Shown piece after piece: positions 20,799-32,030 of a DNA stretch of 64,000 nt. Below the pieces are notes generated by a model. It was not told the DNA's origin. It searched no databases and saw only the letters and a list, made by a program, of their open reading frames with translations. A program made the position numbers and the translations under genes. Where the stretch lies: positions 64,001-128,000 of the forward strand of contig CAWHCQ010000021.1 of the NCBI GenBank assembly GCA_963827755.1. The letters are read 5' to 3'. This DNA comes from an uncultured Gammaproteobacteria bacterium (GTDB taxonomy: Bacteria > Pseudomonadota > Gammaproteobacteria > UBA9214). Within the stretch, counting starts at the first letter, position 1. Each line of letters begins with the position of its first letter.

Positions 20799-21022
20799 AG
20801 TAAACACCTTAGCTGTGCCACAGCGTCTATGCAATACGGATTAGCAGTGAATGGCGGCCATTGAGTTCGTCGCCCGAAATGCGGGCAGGCGGAGAAAAGC
20901 CGACAAAACCAACTGTTAGTTCGACAAGGATAGTGTGGAAAAAATCCGCAGCGCCGGGGAGTCCTTGCGGGCGTCGCCTCGGGCACAACCCGGGCCGTGC
21001 CCGGGCGGCCTTTCCTGCAGGC

Positions 21023-21055
21023 AAAAAAAAGCGCCCCCGGAAGGGAGCGCTTTTT
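21023..21055 (-). terminator. Rho-independent (bidirectional-type) terminator of glnA
   Basis: A8-GCGCCCCC-GGAA-GGGAGCGC-T5 stem-loop starting ~20 nt after the glnA stop. Confidence 0.85.
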
Positions 21056-21077
21056 CCAGACAATTACAACCTGAAGA

Positions 21078-22487
21078 TCAGAGGCTGTAGTACATATCAA
21101 ACTCAATCGGATGCGTGGTCATGCGCAGGCGGGTGACTTCTTCCATCTTCAGCTCGATATAACCGTCGATCATGTCATCCGTAAACACACCGCCGGTCGT
21201 CAGGAACTTGCGATCCTTGTCGAGTGCATCCAGCGCCTGGTCCAGCGAGTTGCATACAGTCGGGATCTTCGCCTCTTCTTCCGGTGGCAGGTCGTAGAGG
21301 TCCTTGTCCATCGGTGCGCCCGGGTCGATCTTGTTCTTGATGCCGTCAAGACCGGCCATCAACAACGCGGAAAAGGCCAGGTAGGGGTTGCCGGTGGGGT
21401 CCGGAAAACGCACCTCGATGCGGCGCCCTTTCGGGTTGGACTCGAACGGAATACGCACAGAGGCGGAACGATTACGCGCCGAGTAGGCGAGGAATGTCGG
21501 CGCCTCGAAGCCCGGCACCAGTCGCTTGTAGCTGTTGGTGCTGGCATTGGTAAATGCATTCAGCGCCCTGGCATGCTTGAAGATGCCGCCGATGTAGTAA
21601 AGGGCCTGCTGCGAGAGCCCGCCGTACTTGTTGCCGGTAAACGTGTTCTTGCCGTCTTTTGCCAGCGACATGTGCACATGCATGCCGCTGCCGTTGTCGC
21701 CCACGATCGGCTTCGGCATGAAGGTGGCGGTCTTGCCGTAACCATGCGCGACATTGTGCACGACATACTTGAGGATCTGGTTCTGATCGGCACGACTGAC
21801 CAGGGTGTCGTAGCGGGTACCGATTTCACACTGACCGGCGGTCGCGACCTCGTGGTGGTGCACTTCGACGCTGACGCCCATCTCCTCCAGGGCCAGGCAC
21901 ATCGCGCCGCGCATATCGTGCAGGGAGTCGACCGGCGGGACCGGGAAATAACCGCCCTTGACGGTGGGGCGATGACCGATGTTACCGTCTTCGTATACGC
22001 GTTCCGTATTCCAGGAGGCCTCTTCGGAGTCAACCTTGCAGAAGGATCCACTCAGGTCAGAGCCCCAGCGCACGTCATCCAGAATAAAGAACTCGGGCTC
22101 GGGTCCGAAGAAGGCAGTATCCGCAATCTTGGTTGATTTGAGATAGGCCTCTGCACGCCTGCCGATGGAACGCGGGTCGCGCTCGTAGCCCTTCATACTG
22201 GTCGGCTCGAGAATGTCACAGCGCAGGTTCATGGTCGGCTCATCGCTGAACAGGTCCATCACGGCGGTTGTCGTATCCGGCATCAGCACCATGTCGGACT
22301 CGTTGATACCCTTCCAGCCGGCGATACTGGAACCATCGAACATCTTGCCTGACTTGAAAAAGTCGGCATTCACAACACTGGCGGGAATGGTTACATGCTG
22401 CTCTTTACCGCTGGTATCGGTGAAACGCATATCGACGTACTTGACGCCGTTGTCCTTCATCATCTTGTTTACTTTGGCTACAGACAT
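21078..22487 (-). CDS. glnA: Glutamine synthetase type I (GSI-beta)
   Basis: [54 protein letters not shown] adenylylation Tyr; GGAGG SD before ATG 22487. Confidence 0.98.
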   Translation of the reverse strand: MSVAKVNKMMKDNGVKYVDMRFTDTSGKEQHVTIPASVVNADFFKSGKMFDGSSIAGWKGINESDMVLMPDTTTAVMDLFSDEPTMNLRCDILEPTSMKGYERDPRSIGRRAEAYLKSTKIADTAFFGPEPEFFILDDVRWGSDLSGSFCKVDSEEASWNTERVYEDGNIGHRPTVKGGYFPVPPVDSLHDMRGAMCLALEEMGVSVEVHHHEVATAGQCEIGTRYDTLVSRADQNQILKYVVHNVAHGYGKTATFMPKPIVGDNGSGMHVHMSLAKDGKNTFTGNKYGGLSQQALYYIGGIFKHARALNAFTNASTNSYKRLVPGFEAPTFLAYSARNRSASVRIPFESNPKGRRIEVRFPDPTGNPYLAFSALLMAGLDGIKNKIDPGAPMDKDLYDLPPEEEAKIPTVCNSLDQALDALDKDRKFLTTGGVFTDDMIDGYIELKMEEVTRLRMTTHPIEFDMYYSL

Positions 22488-22582
22488 TACAACTCCTCCA
22501 GTTGACAGGGCGATAGAAACACAGACCACCACCGCGGGGATGACGGCATGCTCGAAAAAAGGGCCGTGACTGTTTTTACAGG

Positions 22583-22598
22583 AGCACGAATTATGCCA
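22583..22598 (-). promoter_or_regulatory. sigma54 -24/-12 promoter of glnA
   Basis: Minus strand TGGCATAATTCGTGCT (GG-N10-GC). Confidence 0.8.
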
Positions 22599-22662
22599 TG
22601 AAGGCCGATGCTGGCAACTGCAGCTATTTCAGGCGCTTACATCCCCTGCATGTAACCACAAG

Positions 22663-22710
22663 CGCACTGCTATGGTGCGTTTTTTATTAAAAATGCGCCA
22701 CTTTGGTGCA
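22663..22710. promoter_or_regulatory. Tandem NtrC enhancer sites of glnA
   Basis: CGCACTGCTATGGTGCG (22663-22679) and TGCGCCACTTTGGTGCA (22694-22710), 31 bp apart, as in the glnAp2 enhancer. Confidence 0.85.
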
Positions 22711-22712
22711 TA

Positions 22713-23871
22713 TCAGGTGCGAAAGTTGACCGTGACATCACCGACATCCTCGGCCCGCTGGGCGGCCGTGCGGATACGCTCCGTCAGCCCGGTCATCAGC
22801 CCGGCGTCCATGCCCTGCCATCTTCAGAAAGACATCCACATGTACCTTGCCATCGAGGTAATGCAGCATCACCTGGTCAATGCCCGGTCCCAGGTCGAGG
22901 CCCTGCCATTGCTGTTCCAGGCGTTGCAGGATTTCTTCCCGTGACGGCAATTGATTGGACGACGAGACAAGTTCGTCATCCTCGGGATCGATATGCACGG
23001 TCACATCCGAAACCTCTTCCATCTGGTCAATCAGCACACCGCGCACCTGCTCTCCGATCTGGTGGCCCTCGGACACGCTTAACGCCGGGTCAACCAGGAT
23101 GTGAACATCGACCAGCGCATCATTGCCACTGCGCCGCGTGCGCAACATGTGCAGGGCATGTACACCGTCGACACCGATGATCGAGTTGCGGATGGCCTCC
23201 AGCTGCTCTTCATCAAGCGAGGTATCGATCAGCTCCTGCAGGCTTTTCCACAGCAGGTCCCAGCCAATCTTTGCGATCATCAGGGCAACCGCAACGGCTG
23301 CAATGGCATCAAGGTATGGATAGCCCGCCATTGCGCCACCGACGCCGATCATCACGATAATCGAGGAAATGGCGTCAGTACGGCTGTGCCAGGCATTTGC
23401 CAGCAACATTTTCGAGCGCAAACGGCGTGCCGCCCTGGCGGTATAGTGGTATATCACTTCCTTCGAAACAACCGAGATCAGGGCAATGAGCATTGCCAGC
23501 ATGCCGGGGTGCATCAGCAGTTCCGGCGCCAGCATACGACGTATAGCGTCATAACTGATACCAAGGGCGACAACGATCAGGGCCGCACCGAGCGCGACGG
23601 TAGCCGCTGTTTCTATCCGGCCATGCCCGTAGGGATGCTCGGCATCGGCTTCACGATGTGAATGTTTCGCGGCAAACAGGACGAGGAAGTCCGTTGCCAG
23701 GTCAGACAGGGAATGCACGCCATCGGCGACCAGCGCCTGGGAGCCGGAGGTCGTCCCGACGATAATCTTGACGACACCGAGCAACAGGTCAAGGACGGCG
23801 CCAACCAGTGTCACCTTGCGCACTTCCCGGTAACGCACGTCCATCGGATCGGGCAGGTGAGTATGCGTCAT
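22713..23871 (-). CDS. Cation diffusion facilitator family transporter (apparent +1 insertion near 22814)
   Basis: SQALVADGVHSLSD, HPYGHGRIE, ANAWHSRTD, VDVHI, VTVHIDP; corrected C-terminus MDAGLMTGLTERIRTAAQRAEDVGDVTVNFRT*. Confidence 0.9.
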
Positions 23872-23878
23872 GAATCAG

Positions 23879-24112
23879 TTAGTCCCGGGTTCCAATACAG
23901 ATAGTGATCGTGATTTGATCTTTCCGGTCATCGATCTCACAAATCTCATGACCCCACATTTGACACCAGACCGGTATGTCATGCACTACGCCCGGATCCG
24001 TGCACAACACCTCAACCAGGTCACCCGGCTGCAAATCTTCCACGCCATCCTGGGTACGTATCACCGGCAACGGGCAGAGCAGGTTGCGTGCATCGATAAT
24101 TGTGGCGCTCAT
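23879..24112 (-). CDS. TusA/SirA family sulfur carrier
   Basis: IDARNLLCPLPV (CPxP), TDPG..DIPVWC. Confidence 0.9.
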   Translation of the reverse strand: MSATIIDARNLLCPLPVIRTQDGVEDLQPGDLVEVLCTDPGVVHDIPVWCQMWGHEICEIDDRKDQITITICIGTRD

Positions 24113-25152
24113 AGATACCAGTCTGCCGGGATCTGTTCGGTCGGCATCGGCACAACATCCATGGTCTGCATGGCGCCGCTGGCATGCACTTCAACACTGA
24201 CACGCGCCGCGTCACGGCCCTGGCCGAAGCGTGCCGTCAGCCGCGCGGCCAGCTCAAGATCATCCTCCTTTATATGTTCACCATCCAGCAACACCAGCGG
24301 ACCGGTATGACTGCTGGAGAGCATGTGCGTAAAACGCTTGCGATAACCTTCAAGAAAACGGTTCTCACCTTCCTCCCGACCGACAATGATTTTAAAATTC
24401 GGGCGCGGCCGCAAATGCCGGCCAACCTTCAGCAGCATAATGTCATCCAGTTCATATTCGCGCCGGCCGCGCGAACTCCACAGGTCGGACAACTTGACGG
24501 AATACTGCCTGTTTGTCAGAAAACAGCAGCCTCCGGCCGGCTGTGCATAGTCCTCAAAACCAAATTCCCTCGCCAGCGCCATCTGTGGCTTGCGTGATCG
24601 TCCATTGAACGCATACATCCTGTCGCGATCCAGCCAGCCCTCTTTCTCCGCCAGCGTGGGCGGAAGATTTTGCGCGCACAACGGGCGCACCAGCCGATCA
24701 TCAGCGCCTGAATCACGGGCGACAACCGGCATGGTGTATTTACGTTGCGACATCGGACGCTGACCAACCACTTCGCCGGTGATAATAAAATCAAATCCAT
24801 TTGCATCGATCCATTCACGCGCCTTGCTGACCATGAAAATCTTGCAATCCAGGCAGGGGTTCAGGTTTGCACCGTAACCATGCTTCGGATTGATGACGAC
24901 ATCCTTGTATTCATCGATGATGTCAACAATGTGCAACTTGATGCCGAGCTGCCCGGCTGACCAGAGCGCATTGTTGCGCTTCGGGCGTGCGCGATCCTGC
25001 ATGCGGATTGCATGAGTATGACCCTCAACACAAAAGCCGGTATAAAAATTGATACCTTCAACATAGACACCCTGGTCCATAACGACACGCGCGGCCAGCA
25101 ACGAATCAAGTCCGCCGGATATCAGTGCCAGTGCTTTACGCTGTGGGGCCAT
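24109..25152 (-). CDS. PP-loop tRNA thiolase-like protein (ThiI/MnmA-like catalytic domain plus NFACT-R-like C-terminus)
   Basis: ALISGGLDS PP-loop, NPCLDCK, TGEVVGQRPMSQ, RPL, AGGCC, VGRHLR...IIVGREEGEN; no THUMP domain. Confidence 0.8.
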   Translation of the reverse strand: MAPQRKALALISGGLDSLLAARVVMDQGVYVEGINFYTGFCVEGHTHAIRMQDRARPKRNNALWSAGQLGIKLHIVDIIDEYKDVVINPKHGYGANLNPCLDCKIFMVSKAREWIDANGFDFIITGEVVGQRPMSQRKYTMPVVARDSGADDRLVRPLCAQNLPPTLAEKEGWLDRDRMYAFNGRSRKPQMALAREFGFEDYAQPAGGCCFLTNRQYSVKLSDLWSSRGRREYELDDIMLLKVGRHLRPRPNFKIIVGREEGENRFLEGYRKRFTHMLSSSHTGPLVLLDGEHIKEDDLELAARLTARFGQGRDAARVSVEVHASGAMQTMDVVPMPTEQIPADWYL

Positions 25153-25230
25153 GCCAGTAAAAATCCCTGTTTTATTCCGGGCGCAATTCTACCTCATGCG
25201 AGACATGCTTAGACAGAAAGCACAGGAGAA

Positions 25231-25797
25231 TCAGTGTTTTTCAGGCGTTACGGGGAGCGGGACCAGGTTCCCGTTGGCACAGATCTGCTGGTAACTGCGG
25301 CGACTGCCGGTGTCCTGCCAGAGGTCCATTGCCTGCAGTGGCGTCAATATACTCTGACCGCCGGTCTCGCGCATGGCGTGGAGGATATCCATCAGCACTA
25401 TAAAGGTCTCCGACAAACGCTGATAGACGGCCGCCCAGCTGCGGTCCATAACGTCCGAGAGCTGCCGGTAGGATGACTGTCCGATGGCGACAAAATAGCC
25501 GATACGCACCAGGCGCCGCTCGGCAAGCTGGGGAAACAATCCGGAGAATATCAGGCAGTGGTCGCCAACTTCACGCAGCTTTTCCACGCGCTGTTCACCG
25601 TGCAGTGCCTGCGACCTGAGATAATCTTCGGCCATGATGCGGGCCGTGCATTGGGGTCTGGCGGCAAAACGCATGAGCAAAAACACCAGGTAACTCTCCA
25701 GTGTTTCATCCAGGTGACGATCGCAGGCAAGTTGCGCCTCCTGCACCAGGGTCTGCCACTGGGCCTGTGCCGTCGGCTCGAGAATCAGCTGAGTCAT
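25231..25797 (-). CDS. Conserved hypothetical protein
   Basis: GGAG SD before MTQLILEP; helical protein with LESYLVFLL and LREVGDHCLIFSGLFP motifs. Confidence 0.75.
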   Translation of the reverse strand: MTQLILEPTAQAQWQTLVQEAQLACDRHLDETLESYLVFLLMRFAARPQCTARIMAEDYLRSQALHGEQRVEKLREVGDHCLIFSGLFPQLAERRLVRIGYFVAIGQSSYRQLSDVMDRSWAAVYQRLSETFIVLMDILHAMRETGGQSILTPLQAMDLWQDTGSRRSYQQICANGNLVPLPVTPEKH

Positions 25798-26016
25798 GCC
25801 TGTCCTCCATGGGAATACAGGTAATCTGTCGGCCAGCGCGGCGGAAGGCTTTAGCCGGTCGCCGGCTCCATGACTGGCATATTTAGCACAATGCACGGCA
25901 AAAAACATGCGCCCGGCATGAAATCAGCCTGGAGGCGCGTGTTTGGGGAAATTTGCAGCACTGCACGCTATACTGGGCGGCTTGCAAGCAGCCCGTGTAA
26001 TCATGAACAACAAGCC

Positions 26017-26928
26017 GTGACCGAAGCACCGAAGACATTTCAGGACCTTATCCTTGCGCTGCAGACCTACTGGAGCAGGCAGGGCTGCGTCCTGCTGCAA
26101 CCCCTTGATATGGAGGTCGGCGCGGGTACCTTTCACCCGGCAACCTTCCTGCGCGCGATCGGGCCCGAACCGTGGCGCTGTGCCTACGTGCAACCCTCGC
26201 GGCGGCCAACGGACGGGCGTTACGGTGAAAACCCGAACCGGCTGCAGCACTATTACCAGTACCAGGTGGTACTGAAACCTTCACCGCTGGATATCCAGGA
26301 ACTCTACCTGGGCTCGCTGCGCGAACTCGGCATCGACCCGCTGGTACACGACATTCGTTTTGTCGAGGACAACTGGGAATCGCCCACTCTCGGCGCCTGG
26401 GGGCTCGGCTGGGAGGTCTGGCTGAACGGCATGGAGGTTACCCAGTTCACCTATTTCCAGCAGGTCGGCGGTCTCGAGTGCCGGCCGGTCACGGGTGAAA
26501 TTACCTACGGACTGGAACGCATCGCCATGTACCTGCAGGAGGCTGAAAGCGTATTTGACCTGGTATGGACCGAGGGACCGGACGGCCCGGTGAGCTACCG
26601 CGATGTGTTCCACCAGAACGAGGTTGAAATGTCGGCCTATAACTTTGAACAGGCGGATGTTGCATCCTTACTGGACGGCTTCGATGTATGCGAGCGCGAA
26701 AGCAGTCGCCTGATCGATGCCGGCCTGCCATTGCCGGCCTATGAAATGGCGCTCAGGGCCTCGCATACCTTTAACCTGCTGGACGCGCGCAACGCCATCT
26801 CGGTCAGCGAGCGCCAGCGCTATATTCTCAGGATACGCACGCTCTCGCGACAGGTTGCCGAGGCCTATTATGAACGCCGTGAATCACTTGGTTTCCCGAT
26901 GCTGGTCAACAGAAAAGAAGCGTCATGA
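26017..26928 (+). CDS. glyQ: Glycine--tRNA ligase alpha subunit
   Basis: [42 protein letters not shown]; GTG start. Confidence 0.97.
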   Translation: MTEAPKTFQDLILALQTYWSRQGCVLLQPLDMEVGAGTFHPATFLRAIGPEPWRCAYVQPSRRPTDGRYGENPNRLQHYYQYQVVLKPSPLDIQELYLGSLRELGIDPLVHDIRFVEDNWESPTLGAWGLGWEVWLNGMEVTQFTYFQQVGGLECRPVTGEITYGLERIAMYLQEAESVFDLVWTEGPDGPVSYRDVFHQNEVEMSAYNFEQADVASLLDGFDVCERESSRLIDAGLPLPAYEMALRASHTFNLLDARNAISVSERQRYILRIRTLSRQVAEAYYERRESLGFPMLVNRKEAS

Positions 26929-29000
26929 CACCAACACAGGACCTGCTGGTCGAGATCGGCACGGAAGAACTGCCCCCGAAGGCACTGCGCCGCCTGAGCA
27001 ATGCCTTCCACAGTACCGTCAGCAAGCTGCTGACTGATAACCACCTGGCACACGGCGTCAGCCACGCCTACGCCACTCCGCGCAGATTGGCACTGCTTGT
27101 TAAAGAAGTGCCGCTGACCCAGCCGGACCGCGAGGTCATCAAGCGCGGCCCTGCACTGAAGGCCGCATTTGACGAAGACGGTAATCCAACCAAACCGGCG
27201 GAAGGTTTCGCGCGTTCCTGCGGGGTCAGCGTAAATGAACTGGAACAGCTGAAAACCGACAAGGGCCTTTGCCTGGGATTGCGTTTGACCGAAACCGGGC
27301 AAACGGCCGCTGCCGTGATACCCGGGCTCATCGAGCAGGCCCTGAAAGGACTGCCGGCGCCGAAACGCATGCGCTGGGGAAGTTCGGACACTGAATTCGT
27401 GCGGCCACTGCACTGGATCGTGCTGCTGCATGGCGACCAGCCGATCAAGGCCGATATCCTCGGCATCGAGTCCGACCGTTACAGCCGCGGGCATCGCTTT
27501 CACCACAACGAGCGCATTGCCATCGCGGAGCCTGCTGCCTATGTCGAGACACTGGAAACCAGCGGTCATGTCCTGGTGGACATGGACCGCCGCCGGGATT
27601 CAATCCGCACCCAGGCCATCGAGGCCGCGGAGGCCATCTCCGGCAGCGCCCGTATAGACGATGCACTGCTCGATGAAGTCACTGCACTGGTTGAATGGCC
27701 GGTTGCCATCACCGGCGGGTTCGACCCGCGCTATCTTGATGTCCCCGCCGAGGCCCTGGTTTCGAGCATGCAGGACCACCAGAAATATTTTCCGGTGATG
27801 GACAGCAATGGCCGCTTGATGCCGAATTTTATCACCATTGCCAACATTGCCAGCCGCGACCCCGACCAGGTGCAGGCCGGTAACGAGCGCGTTATTCGGG
27901 CACGACTCGACGACGCCGCTTTTTTCTGGGAGCAGGACCGCAAACATACCCTGGAAAGTCTCGCTGCACGACTCGACAATGTCACCTTTCAGCAAAAGCT
28001 CGGCTCCCTCGGCGACAAACAACGACGCGTGGCCGTCACTGCGACCGTGGTTGCAAAGTCACTCGGGCAGGACACCGCCCACGTCATCCGCGCAGCTACA
28101 CTGTGCAAGTGTGACCTGCTGACCAGCATGGTGCAGGAATTTCCCGAACTGCAAGGCATCATGGGTTGCTATTACGCCACGCACGATGGCGAGGATTCAG
28201 CCGTCGCCGCCGCCATGGACGAACAGTACCAGCCGCGCTTTTCCGGCGATCAGCTGCCGACCGGCGTCACCGGGAAGGCCCTTGCCATCGCAGACCGGCT
28301 TGACACACTTGCCGGAATCTTTGCCCTTGGCAAACCGCCCACCGGTGACAAGGATCCGTTCGGTCTGCGCCGTGCCGCCCTCGGCGTACTGCGCATCATG
28401 ATCGAAAAACAGCTCGACCTGGATTTGCATGCACTGATTGAGACAAGCATTGCAACATTGCCGGCGGAGCTCAATGCCGGAAAAATCAGTGCCGATTTGT
28501 TTGCCTTCATGATGGAGCGCCTGCGCGCCTACTACCTGGAGGGCGACTATGACGCCAATGAATTCGAAGCGGTACTGGCGCGACAGCCGCAACGTCCGCT
28601 CGATTTCGACCAGCGCATGCGTGCCGTACATGCCTTTCGCCGGCTGCCTGAATCCGTAAGCCTGGCCGCGGCCAACAAGCGGATTCGCAATATTCTGCGC
28701 AAGGCCGAAACGCCCATTGCGGACACTTTTAAAACAGACCTGCTGCAGGATCCGGCGGAACAGGCACTTGCAGCCGCAATCGCCGCACTTGAATCAAAAA
28801 CGGCCACACTAATCGAAATGCGTGACTATACCGGGGCACTGTGTGAACTGGCGGCCCTGCAGACACCGGTCGATGCCTTCTTCGATGATGTCATGGTCAT
28901 GGCGGATGATACGGCCTTGCGCAACAACCGCCTGGCCCTGTTAAATGTCGTCTCGGAACTGTTCCTGCGGGTCGCGGATATCTCAAAACTGCAGTCCTGA
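26925..29000 (+). CDS. glyS: Glycine--tRNA ligase beta subunit
   Basis: [41 protein letters not shown]. Confidence 0.97.
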   Translation: MTPTQDLLVEIGTEELPPKALRRLSNAFHSTVSKLLTDNHLAHGVSHAYATPRRLALLVKEVPLTQPDREVIKRGPALKAAFDEDGNPTKPAEGFARSCGVSVNELEQLKTDKGLCLGLRLTETGQTAAAVIPGLIEQALKGLPAPKRMRWGSSDTEFVRPLHWIVLLHGDQPIKADILGIESDRYSRGHRFHHNERIAIAEPAAYVETLETSGHVLVDMDRRRDSIRTQAIEAAEAISGSARIDDALLDEVTALVEWPVAITGGFDPRYLDVPAEALVSSMQDHQKYFPVMDSNGRLMPNFITIANIASRDPDQVQAGNERVIRARLDDAAFFWEQDRKHTLESLAARLDNVTFQQKLGSLGDKQRRVAVTATVVAKSLGQDTAHVIRAATLCKCDLLTSMVQEFPELQGIMGCYYATHDGEDSAVAAAMDEQYQPRFSGDQLPTGVTGKALAIADRLDTLAGIFALGKPPTGDKDPFGLRRAALGVLRIMIEKQLDLDLHALIETSIATLPAELNAGKISADLFAFMMERLRAYYLEGDYDANEFEAVLARQPQRPLDFDQRMRAVHAFRRLPESVSLAAANKRIRNILRKAETPIADTFKTDLLQDPAEQALAAAIAALESKTATLIEMRDYTGALCELAALQTPVDAFFDDVMVMADDTALRNNRLALLNVVSELFLRVADISKLQS

Positions 29001-29096
29001 ACAACCGTTTTCACTGCAGCCGGCAAGGGTCATGGTATTGAATAACACTCTATTCAGCAGCCGACACCAGTGAACACAAAACCCGGGTAAGCAACA

Positions 29097-29435
29097 ATGA
29101 CCAACAAGGATTCCTACTCAAGCATGCTCGATGTCGTCCAGGCATTCCATGACAAGCACGACTTTAAAAATACCGGCGGGGAAGAACTTGCCTACCGGGT
29201 GGCGCTGATGACCGAGGAACTCGGCGAGATCTCCGCCTGCGTGACCAAGGGAAAAGACACCGGCCAACTGGCCGAGGAATGTGCCGACCTGTTTATCCTG
29301 TTAATCGGTACCGCGATCGCCGCTGACTTCGACCTCAAGCAGGCATTCTGGGACAAAATGGAAAAAATAGAATCGCGCGAATCCCGCATGATCAACGGCC
29401 GCATACGCGTTTCCGAGTTCAGGGACATGGAATGA
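29097..29435 (+). CDS. MazG-like nucleoside triphosphate pyrophosphohydrolase
   Basis: EELGEI...EECAD (ExxE..ExxD) all-alpha NTP-PPase motif. Confidence 0.82.
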   Translation: MTNKDSYSSMLDVVQAFHDKHDFKNTGGEELAYRVALMTEELGEISACVTKGKDTGQLAEECADLFILLIGTAIAADFDLKQAFWDKMEKIESRESRMINGRIRVSEFRDME

Positions 29436-29971
29436 AACTCGTAATCCTCGATCGCGACGGCGTCATCAACGAGGACTCCGATGACTTCATCAAGTCCCCG
29501 GCCGAGTGGAAACCGATTCGCGGCTCCCTCGTGGCAATCGCACGGCTGCACCGCGCCGGCTGGCGTGTCGTGGTCGCGACCAACCAGTCCGGCATTGCAC
29601 GCAACTTGCTCGACCTCGACACCCTGGCGCGCATCCACGAAACCATGCAGCGCCAGGTCAGCGATGCCGGCGGCATGATCGATGCCGTGTTCTTTTGCCC
29701 GCATGGCCCGAATGATCACTGTGACTGCCGCAAACCCGCACCCGGCATGCTGAATGACATCGCGCGGCGCCTGCATACGGAACTGACCGGCGTGCCGGCT
29801 ATCGGTGATTCCCTGCGCGACATCCAGGCAGCAACCGCTGCCGGCGCCAGCCCGATACTGGTGAGGACCGGCAAGGGCAGCCGCACCGTCAGCGACCCCG
29901 AACTCGACAAAAGCGTGCCGGTCTTCAATGACCTGTACAGTGCCGTCGACAGCCTTTTAAAAGTACAGTAG
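29432..29971 (+). CDS. gmhB: D-glycero-beta-D-manno-heptose 1,7-bisphosphate phosphatase
   Basis: LDRDGVIN, TNQSG, CPH..CDCRKP, GDSLRD. Confidence 0.95.
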   Translation: MKLVILDRDGVINEDSDDFIKSPAEWKPIRGSLVAIARLHRAGWRVVVATNQSGIARNLLDLDTLARIHETMQRQVSDAGGMIDAVFFCPHGPNDHCDCRKPAPGMLNDIARRLHTELTGVPAIGDSLRDIQAATAAGASPILVRTGKGSRTVSDPELDKSVPVFNDLYSAVDSLLKVQ

Positions 29972-29978
29972 CCCACGG

Positions 29979-30717
29979 ATGCCCAGCGAAACGTCCTCGA
30001 TATCAATCTGGCTGCGCTCGCTGGCTTTCTGGATCGTCTTCCCGGTTTCCATCGTGCTCTTCGCCATCCTGCTCATGCTGACAGCACCCTTCTCGCTGCA
30101 ACTGCGCTGGTCGCTGCTGCAGTACTGGGTCCACTTCATCCTCTGGTGGCTGAAAGTAACCTGCAAGCTGACCCACGAGGTCCAGGGCCTGGAACACATC
30201 ACCAGCGAGCCCGGCATCGTCTTTGCCAAGCACCAGTCGACCTGGGAGACCATCGCCCTGCAGGAGATTTTTCCCCTGCAGGTGTGGGTCGCCAAGCGCG
30301 AACTGATGTGGATCCCGTTCTTCGGCTGGGGGCTGGCGCTGATGAAATGCATCCACATCAGGCGCGGCTGCCGGCAAGGCGGCCATCAAGCAACTGGTGA
30401 CCCAGGGCCGGGCACGCCTGCAGGATGGCAACTGGATCGTCATCTTTCCGGAAGGCACGCGCATCCCGGCCGGCCAGAAAGGCCGTTACCGGATCGGCGG
30501 CGCCGTACTCGCCGAGCAGACGGGTTACCCGATCGTGCCGGTGGCGCACAATGCCGGCGAGTACTGGCCACGCCGCAGCTTCATAAAGCGCCCGGGCGTC
30601 ATCCAGGTGCGCATCGGCGCACCGATCTCGCCGCAGGGTAAAACGGCCCAGCAGATCCTCGATGAGGCCTCCGGCTGGATCGAGGCGCGTATGGCCGAGA
30701 TCACGACCCTGAAATAG
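29979..30717 (+). CDS. plsC: 1-acyl-sn-glycerol-3-phosphate acyltransferase (apparent +1 insertion near 30368)
   Basis: KHQSTWET, KRELMWIPFFGWGL in frame 1; IFPEGTR and PVAHNAG in the shifted frame. Confidence 0.9.
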
Positions 30718-30808
30718 CCCGCGCCGGCGGCCGGGCAGTATTCACAGCATGCACCCTCACGCACGCCCTGCCTGCCCGTGGCCCCTGCAGGGGTGAGCCA
30801 TGCGGGGG

Positions 30809-30900
30809 TATAATTCTACATAACGCAATATATTTATAGAAAACATTAATATTAATTATATATATTACAGTTAATTATAATTTATATCGCGTTACGCTAT
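30809..30900. other. AT-rich nested palindromic block between convergent genes
   Basis: Nearly G/C-free tract; outer IR TAACGCAATATA/TATATCGCGTTA, central palindrome ATTAATATTAAT (30845-30856). Confidence 0.7.
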
Positions 30901-31018
30901 GCATGAAATCAGGCCGCCATGCCTTCATACCCGGCACACACGCCAGGGGAAACACGATACTGGAATGGATGCAGCCCGGCAGGTACCGGCAATTCGGCAC
31001 GGGATCAGCGCCGCCTGA

Positions 31019-31947
31019 TCAGCGGCCGCTGGACACCCTCATCGCTGAATCCCAGTCGTTCAGGCGGTGGCTGTAGACGAAGCTGGCGCCCTGGTAATAC
31101 GCAAGGTTGCGACGCATGTGCGGATCATCGCTACCGACCTCGTGTATTTGCGGTGTGCCGGATTCGGGGTTCAGTTGCCGGGTGAGTTTCTTCCGCGGAC
31201 TGCTCACTGACAACACGCCTTCTGTGTACAGCCCAAGGTGCTGGTAGTTTCCAACCAGGGCGCGTTCCTCGGCGGGTGTCATTTGCAGAATATCCTTGCC
31301 GAAAAAAAACGAGTCATATTCCATCCCCAGCATCGCCAGCAGGGTTGGCGCCAGGTCGATCTGGCTGGAAATCTTCTCGACCCTGCCGGGCTTGATATTG
31401 GCCGGGCTGTAGACAAGCAGCGGGATATGATATCGGGCCAGCGGCAGTGCCGTCTTGCCGGCGCTGCCTGCGGTGTGGTCGGCAACAATCACGAACACGG
31501 TATCCTCGAACCAGGGCTTGTCCCTGACCCGTGCAAGAAAGTCGCCAATGGCCCAGTCCGTGTACTTCACCGCCCCTGCCCGGTTTTCGCCCGAGGGGAT
31601 ATCAATGCGATTCTCCGGGTAGGTATAGGGCCGGTGGTTGGAGGTGGTCATGACATGAAAAAAGAATGGCGCACCTTTTTCATGGGCCTTATCAGCCGCC
31701 TTGCCCGCCTGCCTGTAGAGGTCTTCATCCGCCATGCCCCAGGCATTCACAAAGCCGATTTCATTCGAGGGTGTGCTGGTCTGGTCAATCACGTCATAAC
31801 CGTTCTCCGCGAAGAAGGCATTCATGTTATCGAAGTAGCCACGGCCGGGCAGCAGCCACAGGCCAGCCCCGGCGCAATCGCCGCGAGGAAAATGATTACC
31901 GTGAATAGCTATTGCGGGAAATGCATGCGACCGAATTGTCGCATCAT
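31019..31947 (-). pseudogene. LTA synthase/sulfatase family pseudogene (internal deletion)
   Basis: C-terminal part intact (GRGYFDNM, WGMADEDLY, TTSNHRPY, VKYTD, VADH, SQIDLAPT); upstream only ~40 codons of a relic hydrophobic N-terminus with an in-frame TAG; TM domain and catalytic Thr region missing. Confidence 0.8.
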
Positions 31948-32030
31948 GGGAAGCTTTCTCCCGGGCAAAAGCTTCATCACCACTCCAATTTTGGTGTGCA
32001 GTATAAGTATTGCAAGCTTATCCCGCCAGG

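Noticed and set aside
20835-21077. GlnZ-like sRNA in the glnA 3' UTR
   Set aside because: The terminator starts ~20 nt after the stop, leaving little room; the downstream GC hairpin has no recognisable RNA family features
21111-22136. Long antisense ORFs (also 666-1532, 34752-35744, 39944-41107, 60839-61609 and others)
   Set aside because: Mirror frames of conserved GC-rich genes with no recognisable motifs
30919-31185. 88-aa ORF downstream of the AT-rich block
   Set aside because: Mostly antisense to the sulfatase remnant; no motifs or SD
31981-32000. NtrC-like site CACTCCAATTTTGGTGTG
   Set aside because: Both half-sites deviate and no sigma54 element is nearby
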